From: the human T2T-CHM13v2.0 reference genome, Homo sapiens
Assembly (NCBI RefSeq): GCF_009914755.1
Contig: NC_060936.1
Direction: 5' to 3' (one strand)
Length of the DNA: 64,000 nucleotides
This document shows, in pieces, positions 50,369 to 64,000 of this stretch; position 1 is the first letter of the stretch; each line of letters begins with the position of its first letter. A program made the translations under genes and the position numbers. Below the pieces are notes generated by a model. It saw only the letters and a list, made by a program, of their open reading frames with translations. It had not been told where the DNA came from and searched no databases.

Positions 50369-50672
<304 letters not shown>

Positions 50673-50744
50673 TTTTTTGCTATTTTTAAATCACCAGTTG
50701 GACACAGTTTCCACAGTTGGCTGTCTGGTTTAAAAGATGAAAGG

Positions 50745-51049
<305 letters not shown>

Positions 51050-51799
51050 TTAAAAGAGACAGTTCAGCCAGGGTCCTGTTGAGGAGCAGAATTGTTAATA
51101 CATTTTGGAAAGTCATCTGTATTTTGAAGTGATTCATAGTAATTGCTTATGTTGTTTGTTTATGGACAACAGGTTTAATTTTTTTAAATTGCATCTGATT
51201 TAGGGGCCACCTACAAATAACAATGGACAAAGAACAGCAAGAAAAAGGCCAGAGATTCTAGTCTAGCTTAGGCAAGACATTTAACTTTTCACATCTCAGT
51301 TTCTTGTTCTCATGAAGGTAATGCTTTTTCCGTTTATTGAAGAAGGTTTTCAGCCAAATCAAATGAATTGATGTCAGAATGTTTTGAAAAGTTAAAGAAT
51401 AAAAAATTTAAAAGAATGTTAGATTGGTGGTGGTGTTATATAGTGCCATTTTTTGAAGAGTGAAGTAAATTGATGGGTCCATGAGGTGACTATCAACCCT
51501 CAACGTCAAGTGTCTGAGGATTTCGTGGTGAGGCACAAACGGCCAAGTCCTACCTCAGGTTAGGCTGCAGGAGTAGCAGCAGGGCCATCTCTGTTCATCG
51601 GTGATTGAAATTACAGCTTCTGTGTCTGTTGTTCCAAGCATGCCACTCTTTTCCAAACTCTGGGTTTGATAAACTGTGCATTCACCCTCAGTGTCTCTCT
51701 CTCCTGACGATCATCCTTCAAGACCTAACCCAAGAGCAACTTTTGTGATGTTTTCTCAATCTTTCTGAAGTAGAATTTGGAGCGTCTCTGTAAAAATGA

Positions 51800-52028
51800 A
51801 TATATGGTGGTGTTTAAGAGCAGGGGCTCTGGAGCCATTTCTGCCTGGATTCAAATCCTGATCACAGCACTTACTAGGTGTGACTGTAGGCAAATTGCTT
51901 AAACTTCTGTGCCTCACTGTCCTCACCTATAAATTGAGAAAAATGATGATAATATCACCTGATAGGGCTGTTGTGAGGCTCTTGGAACAGAGACTGATAC
52001 ATAGGAGGCCCTTGATAAGTGTTATTTT
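51800..52028 (+). mobile_element. MIR
   Basis: ttaagagcaggggctctggagcca...ttcaaatcctg...ctgtgcctca...ctataaa. Confidence 0.88.
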
Positions 52029-52931
52029 ACTTATATGTTCTTATCGAGTATTATAATTTTCATTACCATTCTCTCCTTGCTCCCATGGGACTTTGCAAAT
52101 AATCTTGAGTGTAGCACTTGTACTTTTATTGTAATATTTGTTTAGACTGGGAACTCCTTGAAGGCAAAGATACTATTTTATTTGTCTTTGTTTAATGACC
52201 TGCATATCATCCATTCAGTGCTCAAAAATGCTTTTCTTTCCTTCCCAAAGTCCCCCCACCCTCTATCACCACCCCTGACTGCATAGCTGTGACTTTAAAG
52301 CAGGGTTGCATGGCATATGCTCTTTTATTTCCACTGGGGCAGAAAGTTTATGGCTGCAGCTGTAACCCTTGCTCTCTGTCCATTAAGACTGCTCCCGATA
52401 GAAAAAGTTATACATATGACTTGATGACCCTCCAGAATTTTTCAGATGTTGTGTTTATTTAGCCCCTAATTGCTCAAGGTACTGCACAAGGTCATAAATG
52501 AAAGTTACTTAGCATTGCCACATTTCTTGGGAGATAGGAATCCTGAACAACTACCAAACATGGCCATGCCCATACAGAGCCAGTCAGCAGCAGAGTACAA
52601 CTAGCAAACCACTAAGTGACTGTATCGTTAGGAATTTATATCACCTTTCTGATAAGAGAATGAAAAGCCAGACCCAAACCAAATGTCGTCTGCTCCGTGA
52701 AGCATTCCTTTCCCTACTCAGGCCAAGATCGTGATGCTTCCTTCTGGGTTCCAGAAGGTGCTGCATTTGTGTACGTGTCTCCCATGGCGCTTAATTATAG
52801 AGTGTTAGTCATGTTTGTTTGCCTGTGCCTCTTCTCTGCGACATAATTGTCCCCACTTGGCCAGTAGGGTAGGCTTTTAGTAATGTTTGTTGATGTTATT
52901 TTCCATAGCCCAGACCCTATATTTTAAATCA

Positions 52932-53280
<349 letters not shown>

Positions 53281-54137
53281 CAGATTTATCAAGAAATAAA
53301 ACTTGTCTAGAGTCCTTTTGCCTCAGATGTGGTTCTGTCTAGCTCAGACCCTTGAGCTCTTCACCACAGCAGTGTCACCCACCTGACTGGTGTAAATACA
53401 CACTAACTGCTCACTACTTATGCGACTGTTCTCCCTACCACCTTGTGGCTTTTAGGAGGCTTGGGTGGCTGGCAGGCTCACGCACGCCTCCTCACAGCCC
53501 TCTCTCAATCAACTTGAAGATGATTTGTGGGCCACTTGTGCCAAGCTGTTTTCATTGATCCCAGGTGGTGAGGAAAGAAGTTGGAAACATAAGTCCTTTA
53601 TACTCAGCCTCACACATGTGTCTTTCTGTATGTCTGCTGCTGGCTGCTGAAGACTGTGGTAATTCTGATGCAGCTGGACAGTCTCACAGCGTGTGGGTCG
53701 CAGACTCGCCACGACCATTCTCTTGTTGGTTTAGGTCAGTGTCTTCATACAAGGCTCTATGCCTGCCTCCACTCCTGCCAAGCGCTGCAGGCACCTGGAC
53801 AAAAGACGTTACTCTAGTGGGAGGGGAAGGCTAATCCTCCCTGTATTTATTTCTCAAAAAAACTTGAACAACAGGTTTACCTTATATGCCATTTTAATGC
53901 AAATTTTATATAGGTATCATTATGATTCTCCTTTTTGTTCTATATGCCAGATGGCAAAAAGTCTGTTCTGAGTAAGAAAGCCTGTGGTGTGACTCAGTGT
54001 CTGAGCTCCAGAGGTTCTGTGCTCTCCCTTGTGGCTGGATAGCCCAGCCAGCATTCTTCCCCCTCCTCCCAATCAGTTCCCTCCTCACATTCAGTCTGCA
54101 GAACCATCCAGCATACACCAGACAGGATTCCTCACTG

Positions 54138-54319
54138 CAGCAATTTCCAAACTTGCCTGGCTTTAGGACTCATTGGAAGATGCTTGTTAGAAGTAGAGAT
54201 TTCTGGATCTTAATCCAGACTTAGTGCATCAGAGTCTCCATGGGAGGGGTCTGGGAATTCGTATTTTTGCAAGTTCCTTGGGAGAATCTTAAAAATTGGA
54301 CAAGGTTGAAAAACATTGC
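54138..54319. mobile_element. MER5-family hAT MITE
   Basis: cagcaatttccaaact...catcagagtctcca.gggaggggtctgggaat...ttgaaaaacattg. Confidence 0.7.
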
Positions 54320-54719
54320 TTTAGTGCAGCAAAATCTGTGTAAGTACAGGTGGTGAGGATGATTTAAGAGCACAGACTATAAGTGGTGGCAACCACAGAA
54401 ATGTGAAATAACAGATTCTCACTGATTTCTTTCTGTCTGGTCTTGCCCTCTAGCTAAGGGATGTATCTATATCTGGCTTGGAGTTCTTAGCTTTTAGTGC
54501 CTTGTGATTTATATATTATTCCTCTCTTCAGGCAGTCCAAGCATTGCTTTTTTGTTCACCTTTAAGATCTAGCTGTCAAGTTTCGGTAAACTTCTGGTCC
54601 ACTAAATTCCATTCCCTGAGCCTTTCAGCTCTTGCTAAAGAACTCTTTTTCTCCCATTTCTAGTTTTCCACCCAAGTACACATGTCTGTTTGATTTATTA
54701 TTCTCTCACTGCCTCCATT

Positions 54720-55010
54720 TTATTAATTCATTCAGTCACTTGTTCAACAAGCGTCTATTGTGCCAGGCTGTGGGTGGGCTACAGTGATAAACAAGACACA
54801 ATCCCTGCCCTCAAGTGCACAGTCTAGTAGGGAGACATGGGGTGTAAACACATAATTAAAATACCAGTGGGTGCTAAGTGCTATCACAGATATGTATGCA
54901 GATTTGTAGGCGCACTAGGAGGAAGTAGTGGAAGGCATCACAGAGGGGTGACTTTTGAGCACAGGGTCTTGTAGTCAGAAAACGGGGAGGGGGAGCATTT
55001 TAAAGATACT
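54720..55010 (-). mobile_element. L2 3' fragment
   Basis: attcattca...ttcaacaa...tgtgccaggc...tccctgccctca...cacagtctagtagggagac. Confidence 0.8.
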
Positions 55011-55833
55011 GTAGGCCTAGCATTGTAGTCCTCGCATTCTCACTGCAGCTCAGCTTCTTCCAGGTCTCCTTAATTTCTTTGCTCGTTTGTGGATCTGATG
55101 GAGCTAATTGGCATGGCTGAACTAGACTGTCTTGATTGACCTCTTTCAAAACCTGAGGTGGTTAGTAGTTGATTAATATCCAGGATGCCAAATCTAACAG
55201 ATTGTCCCACGATCATTTACTGACATTGCCTGACTGAGACTTAAGCACTGAAGAAAGCTTTTTAAAGGCCTTTCACTTTGTCACTCTGCCAGATGTGTTC
55301 TGAGCCATCAGAAGTGGCCTTTGTGCCAGGGTAGGGGGTGGAGGTAGGAGATCTTGTGAGTGGCGAATGGAACAGAAGAATGCTTTGGTATTTCTTTTAC
55401 AATAAAAGACATGGTTTCCTGTTTCTAATGACGGTTTACTTGGTAGGCTTCTGTACCCCTGTTAGCTGTATTTACTGTTTGAAATTCCCTGAAGTCTTGA
55501 GTTGGCTGCTTTGAAAAGGTTTAATTAATTATTTTTTAACAAAAATTCAGTTTCTGTATTTTACTAGGGAAACAGATGAAGGACCATTGTGATTAAATTT
55601 GTATAGTGTAGTAAGTAGTCATGATTGAAGTTTTAAAATATTTATTGTTTCTTGAAATAATGTTCATTGCAGAAAAATTAGAAAATAAGAGCAAGAAGGA
55701 AAAGAAACTATAAAACCACTTCATAATCTTGCAAGCCATAACTAACCACTGTTAATATTTTGGTGGGTAAACATGCACACTTTTCCAGTGCATACACAGA
55801 AAAAAATTTTACATGTGTGCAAACACATTATTC

Positions 55834-56129
55834 CTTTTTTTTTTGAGATGGAGTTTCACTCTTGTTGCCCAGGCTGGAGTACAGCGGTGTGATCTCAGCT
55901 CACCGCAGTAACCTCTGCCTCCTGTGTTCAAGCGATTCTCCTGCCTCAGTCTCCTGAGTAGCTGAGACTACAGGCACGCGCCACCACTCTCAGCTAATTT
56001 TTGTATTTTTAGCAGAGACAGGGTTTCACCATGCTGGCCAGGCTGGTCTCGAACTCCTGACCTTAGGTGATCTGCGTGCCTCGGCCTCCCAAAGTGCTGG
56101 GATTACAGGCGTGAGCCACCTTGCCCAGC
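55834..56129 (-). mobile_element. AluS (Sq-like)
   Basis: Full dimer. Confidence 0.95.
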
Positions 56130-56323
56130 TATTTTTTTTTTTTTTTACCCCATCTAATGACCTATCAAAAATATCATTCTTAAAATTGAATATACTGTGT
56201 AAACCACCTTGTTAGCAAATATACACCTATGGACCGTTCGTTCTTAGAAAGATGTGTACTTTTGAATTAATATAAATCAGGCTTAGTTTTTAAAAATCAA
56301 ACTCTACTAAAGTATATAAAACA

Positions 56324-56612
<289 letters not shown>

Positions 56613-56681
<69 letters not shown>

Positions 56682-56800
56682 ACCCAAGTATAAACAATTT
56701 AGTATATAGCCTTCCAGACACACACACACACACACGCACACACACACACACACACTCTCACTCACCCAAGGATAAACAATTTAGTATATAGCCTTCCAGA
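56613..56800. repeat. Two-copy tandem duplication of (CA)n(CT)n + 42-bp unique unit
   Basis: 42-mer at 56677-56718 and 56759-56800 differs at one base. Confidence 0.95.
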
Positions 56801-56971
56801 TTATTTTCTGTGTATATGCAAACATACCTATTACTGTTTTTAAAAATTTTTTTAATTTTTTACGGAATCAGATGATGTTATACCTACTGTTCTGCAGCTT
56901 GCCTTTTACACGTAATGTATTACATCTCCTGTGGCAATATATTTGGATTACTTGCCCATTATTATATAGAT

Positions 56972-57170
56972 TAGAGTTTTTCATCCTCAGCACTGCTGGC
57001 ATTTTGGGCTGGATAAATCTTTGTTGTGGGACATTGCAGGTTGTTAGCAGCATCCCTGACCTCTATCCCCTAGATGCCAGTAGCACCTCTTCTTCCATGG
57101 TGACAAAAATGTTTCCCAACATTGTCACATGTCTCCTGGGGGACAAAACTCTCCTAGTTGAAAGCCACTG
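56972..57170. mobile_element. MER20
   Basis: cattttgggctggataa...gcagcatccctgacctcta.ccc.tagatgccagtagcac; perfect 8-bp TSD atatagat. Confidence 0.92.
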
Positions 57171-57432
57171 ATATAGATGGTCTATAATATAAGCATCTAG
57201 ATTGCTGCCAGTTTGTTTTTTTACTGTAAACAGTAGAGCACAGGATACTCTTAATGATTTTTGTGCACGTGTGTGAATGTTATCATTGAATAAATTCTTA
57301 GTACAGCTGCTGAATCAATTTTGATAGAAACTTGCAAATTACTCTAAGAGGATTGTATCATTTTATTTTTCAACTATATCCCAATGATTCCAAATCTCTC
57401 TTTCCTGAGTTCTAGATAAAACCAACTGTTGA

Positions 57433-57838
<406 letters not shown>

Positions 57839-59181
57839 CCTATTTTCAAGCAGTCAGCAAATCCTATGGTCTTCCTCTTAATTCATTCACTTCATTCATC
57901 CCTTCTACCACTGTCTTTAATTCAAGCTACTACTTACTCTTACCCAGATCTCTGTAGTAGCACTGGACCAACATCTACTCCTTCTGGCTTTTAGTCTTGG
58001 TTCCTGACAACTCATTCTCCCAGCAAGGGTGAACTTGCTGCAGTGCAGTGTTAAGTCCTCTGCTCTAGCCCTTTTTAGTGATCCCTGCTTCCTCTCCATC
58101 ATCCACTGCAGCATTGGAGGCTGAGGCCAACAGCACCTGACATTTATCACCCTTGATTGCAAATTTGTATCCGTCAGACATGCTTTTTTCCCCTAATAAG
58201 TGGATATTAAAATTTTGAATGTTTAAAGTACTTTTAATACTACAATTTGACTTTTTTTCCTGTTTTATATATTAGGTTCTATGTAAGGCTTCACAGTAAA
58301 TAAAGTTATCTCTTATTTTAAAAGGTTCTTTTTCAGAAAACAGTGCTCTGTCATGTCACCTCACCACATATCTTTCATCCCTCAGCTTTAAATCACTCAT
58401 TCTCCCTTAACGTCCTCTTGTTTCTCTGCATTTCCTGTTCCTTTTAACCCTACTCTCTACTCATTTATCTATTTCCGTTTCCTTAGTACCTAGTCCATTT
58501 CTTGCCACTTCAACTACAGATTTTCTCCTGTATTTATCAGTTTATCCTTATTGCATTTGTTGTATATGCACTAATTTGTGCATCATACATACTTCTAAAT
58601 TTAACTTTGTGGAAAGGAGAGCCACATGAGTAAATAAGACAAAGCATTGAACCAAGGGGAGGGGATGTGGGAATTCCAGTCCCAGGTTCCAGCACAGGTG
58701 TTAGGGTACAGAAAGTCCTTTTAATTATCCCATCCAGAGCCTGAACTTTGTCTTCTCTTACTTTTATGTGGTTCGTATAGCAGTATAAGTGAATACCTCA
58801 GAAACCAGTTGTACTCATTTGGTAAATTGAAACTCCAGAGAGAAATCGTTGTCAGCCTTGCTGCATTCCATTTTGGGATATCTTAAATACCAAGGAAGCT
58901 GGGGATGCCTAGGAACTTGGGGATCTCTGTCATGGTATACAACATATTGCTATGCAAGATTGGTTTTGGGACAAGCTCTACAGTATTCTACAGGAAGTCA
59001 GCTCCAAGCCTGTGGGAAATCATACATAGCAAAATCCTTGGCAAAGAACCATACATTCCCCCCCCAACCCCCTGCCTCTATATGGGGTAGTTCTATAACT
59101 CTGTAATTAATTTTATTTTTACAGTGGAAAACCACAGAGTAAGAATAATGCATAACCTATTTCTGTTTCTTGCTATTTTAG

Positions 59182-59253
59182 GGGACATCACCCAGAAGGG
59201 CTATGAAAAGAAAAGGTCCAAACTCCTATCTCCTTACAGCCCGCAGACACAAG
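59182..59253 (+). CDS. DIP2B: Internal coding exon (exon 2) of disco-interacting protein 2 homolog B, part of the N-terminal DMAP1-binding domain
   Basis: Pyrimidine tract + TAG acceptor (ttctgtttcttgctattttag) and AAG|gtaggc donor; 72 nt, phase 1/1. Translates (G)DITQKGYEKKRSKLLSPYSPQTQ. GDITQKGYEKKR is the DIP2-family signature; LLSPYSPQTQ matches my recollection of DIP2B specifically. Confidence 0.96.
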
Positions 59254-60545
59254 GTAGGCAATAAAAAATGGTTTCAACTTTTTCAGTATTTTTACACCAA
59301 AAGATGCTGTCTTACAAGACCTCTATCTTTTGTTTGTTCCTGTTTTTCCCTCCCTTCCTCACCAGGGGAGAGAAAAAAACGGAAGGAAAGAAAGGAGGAA
59401 ATGAATCTTAATGAGCATCTGCTGTGTGCTAGGCACTTTTAAAAATACCTAAGGTCATCAGATAATTTACACAGAACTTGGGTGGTAGTGTGTGAAAGAC
59501 TATGCATAACTGAGATGATTCCATGGCAGAAAATTCCAAGCCATGGAAAAACCACATCGTATTTATGATGGTGCACAAACCGTGATGAAGAAGAGCAAGA
59601 GGGAGGAAGGAAGGACAGATCCCCTATCGAATGGCAATACTTGAGGATTGGGGGGTAAAACCCTAAATGAACTTGTAGATTAATTCAAAGCCAGACTTAC
59701 TGCTTCTATAGAGAGACTAGCACATTGTTTATATATCAGAAAGTCCTGAATTAATTTCATGCTTAATGCCAAAGGGGTTGCCATAACCTTTGCCTCTAAG
59801 CAAGGCTGTCTCTAAATAATCATCATATTTTTAAAGTTACTCAGATTGCAGGATTTCCTTTGACAGCCTATTTCTGCTTATATCACTTTTACTATAGGGT
59901 GTTTTGTCTTTATTTCTGATTTTCTACCCCCTTCAACCAAAGTGTGTTTCTGCAAGCCTGTTCTTTGTGGAACTAATGGCTTTTTTTTTTTTTTTTACTG
60001 AATTATAAATACCATGAGGACTTTGTATCTCCCACAGTTCTCATAGTAAGCTTTGCACAGGGTTTATGGCCTGTAAATATTTGTTGAATGAACAGTGGAA
60101 TAAATAAATAAATAATGGTGATATACCAATATATTTCTTTGATGTGCTTGTTTTATTTCCTGTATTGTTCTTGGAAATACCTTCATAGAGAAACTAGTAG
60201 GTCAATACACTGACAGCTAATTTAAGATATCTCAATGAATAGGTGTATGTAGAAATGAATTGAGAGAAAAGAGGTGGAAATTGGGCCAGCGACAGCTAGT
60301 GAAAAGCCAGCTTTTGCTGAGCAAGGCATGACCTAGGGGTTGAGGAGGTTACCTTGATTTGCTGCTTATTGTGGATCTGGCCCATGCCTCTGAAGGCCCA
60401 GAGATTTACTTGAGTCACTTGGTGTAAAAGCAATAGCTCAGCAAGAGGTATAACTGTAAAAAGGACCACAGTTTGTTATCCGTAGTCAGGCTACGCAGAA
60501 ACCAAATCATGTTCAAAAATCAATTTATTAATTTACTATGAGAAA

Positions 60546-60833
60546 TTTTTTTTTTTTAGACAGATTCTTGCTCTGTCACCCAGGCGGGAGCGCAGTGGTG
60601 CGATCATGGTTCACTACAGCCTCAATCTCCCAGGTTTAAATGATCCTCCTGCCTCAGCCTCCTGAGTAGCTGGAACTACAGATGTGCGCCACCACACCCA
60701 GTTAATTATTTTTTGTAGAGTTGGGGTCTCACTTTATTGCCCAGGCTGGTCTTGAACTCCTGAGCTCAAGTAGTACTGCCATCTCAGCCTCCCAGAGTGT
60801 GGGGGTTATAGGTGTGAGCCACCACGCCTGGCC
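60546..60833 (-). mobile_element. AluJ
   Basis: TSD tactatgagaaat. Confidence 0.93.
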
Positions 60834-61294
60834 TACTATGAGAAATCTGTATGGTCAGCACATTCTTGCCCCATGGGCAAGCCTATAATGGGAACCAAAT
60901 CATTTGCTTAGTGAGCATGCATTTGATGAATCAGTTGTTTAATTGCAGTAGGCCAAGAGAATGTGGCATATCCCTCCCCCAGTAGGGATGGCCTTGCAGG
61001 TGACCTCACAGGGGAAATAGAAGGCATACGATGACAACTCCTTCAACTTCCTGATGCCACACTTCCAACATCTGTCCCCTTCCATGATTACTTCCTTCCT
61101 TCTGGTTAAAAAGATTATCTGTTCCTCCTGGCCAAGGACAGTCCTTCTACCTATGCTTTAGATCCCAACCCCTCCTCCTTTTCCCCAAATCTTATACTAT
61201 CCAATGGCACCAAGGATAGGGCAGTGAGAGCAGTCTACCTGGTTGCAGTCAGTAAGGCACACAGTATCTGTAGAGAACTTAAAAAGCAATGATG

Positions 61295-61603
<309 letters not shown>

Positions 61604-62089
61604 ATAAAAAGCAATGATGAAAACGACAAAAAATTGGTCTGCTTTTTACTAAAAAGTATCACTGTGTGCAGCAATTCTAAATGCTGTAATAAAGACCTCT
61701 CCTGCTGAGGCAGACAGCTGCATTGCCCCCTTGGTATGCCGTTGCTGTCAGGTCCTCATCTCTATCGTACAGTCATTCTCTCTGTCTCGTACAGTCACTC
61801 TCTCAGCCATATTCGTCCCTCAGCAGTTCATCATGCTTATTACTGTCTATTTAAAAAAGAATCCTCCATTTACTTGTCAGCCACTTCCATTTTCACCCTC
61901 TTTGTTTCCCGTTTCTAATCAAACTGCTCAGAACTGTCTATACTTAAACACTATTTTCTCAAATGCTCACTTCTCAGCCCGTTTTAGTTCCTTCTGGAGC
62001 TATTGCCATCTAATCTCAGTAGTATTCAGCACCCTGTCTCTCAAAACTCTTATTTTGAATCTCTCTTCTTATCTTCTTTTCTTTCATTC

Positions 62090-62386
62090 TTGTTTTTGTT
62101 TTGAGCAGGGTCTGGCTCTGTCGCCCAGGCTGGAGTGCAGTGGTGTGATCTGGGTTAATTGCAACCTCTGCCTCCCAGGCGCAAGTGATCCTCCCGCCTC
62201 ACCCTCCCAAGTAGCTGGGACTACAGGCATGAGCTCCCACACCCAGCTAATTTTTGTATTTTTTTTTGTAGAGACAGGGTTTTGCCATGTTGTCCAAGCT
62301 GGTATTGAACTACTGAGCTTAAGCAATCCACCCGTCTCGGCCTCCCAAAGTGCTGGGATTACAGGCGTCAGCCACCATGTCCTACC
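62090..62386 (-). mobile_element. AluJ
   Basis: Dimer. Confidence 0.93.
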
Positions 62387-62513
62387 TACTCTTCTTATTT
62401 TCTTACCCTTCACTTCCTGCTGCTCCTGGTCTTTCTTACAGGCTCATTTTTGTCTGTTAAATGTTAGATTTCTCAAGTTAAGGACCAAGACTTCTTGCCT
62501 TCTCACTCCATAT

Positions 62514-62708
62514 CAGTGGTTCTCAAATTGTAGCAAGCCCTCAGAATCACTGGAGGGCTTGTTAATACACAGACTGCAGGGCCCCATTTTCAGGTTCAGA
62601 GTTTCTGATTCATCTGGTCCAGGGTGAGGCCTGAGAATAAGCATTTTTGTTAATTTCCCAGGTAATGTTGAGCTTGGTGGTCCAGGGACCACACTTTGAG
62701 AACCAATG
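62514..62708. mobile_element. MER5A
   Basis: TIRs CAGTGGTTCTCAAA / TTTGAGAACCAATG; cagaatcac.tggagggcttgttaa. Confidence 0.92.
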
Positions 62709-63152
62709 CTGTATCTCTCTAGATTATTTCAGCCACACCTGTGACTTTAATTATCATTTGAATTTAGGTAACTCCTAAATATGTATCTTCAACCCGATCT
62801 CTTCCGAGCCCCCGATCCATAGATCCAACTGCATACTTAACATCTCCACTTATATACCTTAAAGGCATCACCATTTCAACATATCCAAAATTTAAATTTA
62901 TGACTTCTGCACCCTGCCTCTACCACCATTACTAACCCCTCCCTGCATGCATTCTCCAGAAAACCAACTACAACATCCAACCTGCTCCTGTGCTTCTAGT
63001 TTTCTCTTTTGAGTGAATACAACCCACATTCATAAGCCCAGCAAGTTACAGGCTTAAAAGTCATCCTCAACGTCCCTGTCTTCCTTCCCTTCTTTTGTTA
63101 CCAACCCCTATCAGTTTTCTGTTTCTTCTTGAGCCAGTTTTGGTAAATTTAA

Positions 63153-63452
<300 letters not shown>

Positions 63453-63859
63453 AAACTCAATTTTTCTAGGAAATTGTTTTGTTTAGTTTTCAAAGTTATT
63501 TATAATATTCTCTTTGTTTGTAAACCTTCTGCTTTATGTTGCTTGTCTCCCCTTCCCTCTTGTCTTTCTTCTCTTCTCTCTCTCTCTCTGACAGATCTGT
63601 GGATTTGTCAGTTTTCCATGTAATTCTGTCAAGTTTTGCTTTATATGTTTTAAAGCTATGTTATTAGGTACATTCAAATTAAGAATTATAATCTTCCTTG
63701 TAAATTGTTTCTTCTTTCATGAGTAACTGTGTTTGTCCCTATGGTGTTTTTTTATCCTAAGGCTTTAAAAAACAAATCTAAACATAGTTATTAGACATCT
63801 TAATTCTCTTAAAGGACACAAGGACTTTAGAATGCTTTGATGTTGATCACCACGAATTC

Positions 63860-64000
<141 letters not shown>

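Larger units (their letters stand above)
61850..63090 (+). mobile_element. L2 fossil interrupted by an Alu and MER5A
   Basis: aactcctaaatatgtatcttcaaccc...atccaactgcatact..acatctccactt...ttcaacatatccaaaa. Confidence 0.7.

Noticed and set aside
59203-59442. 79-aa ORF overlapping the DIP2B exon
   Set aside because: Wrong frame relative to the DIP2 peptide and runs into intron sequence.
61731-62627. Longest ORF (298 aa)
   Set aside because: Starts at a non-ATG codon, crosses an L2 fossil, an antisense Alu and MER5A, and has no recognisable domain; chance open frame.

Overview
Human (primate) genomic DNA, not prokaryotic. The window is almost entirely intronic. The only protein-coding sequence I can support is one 72-nt internal exon on the + strand (59182-59253, AG...GT, phase 1/1). 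It reads (G)DITQKGYEKKRSKLLSPYSPQTQ, which I recognise as exon 2 of DIP2B (DMAP1-binding N-terminus, chr12q13). About 59 kb is therefore the 3' part of the very long first intron, and about 4.7 kb is the next intron. The rest is a repeat landscape: about 63 Alus by manual count (about 42 antisense, 21 sense), L1M/L2/MIR fossils, two MaLR LTRs, hAT/Tigger DNA-transposon fossils, two ~0.3-kb pyrimidine tracts and several STRs. Essentially all ORFs in the track are Alu, low-complexity or chance ORFs. I found no evidence for a new multi-gene biological system. The most unusual observations are: an internal inversion inside a Charlie1-type transposon with Alu sequence at both breakpoints; a 12-nt Alu remnant between intact target-site duplications (TSDs); a ~35-nt L1 micro-insertion; a young microsatellite-containing tandem duplication; a short non-canonical Alu; and an AATAAA plus in-frame stop immediately after the DIP2B exon 2 donor. 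Repeat family and subfamily names come from recalled consensus sequences, not from a search. Boundaries of old repeats are approximate.
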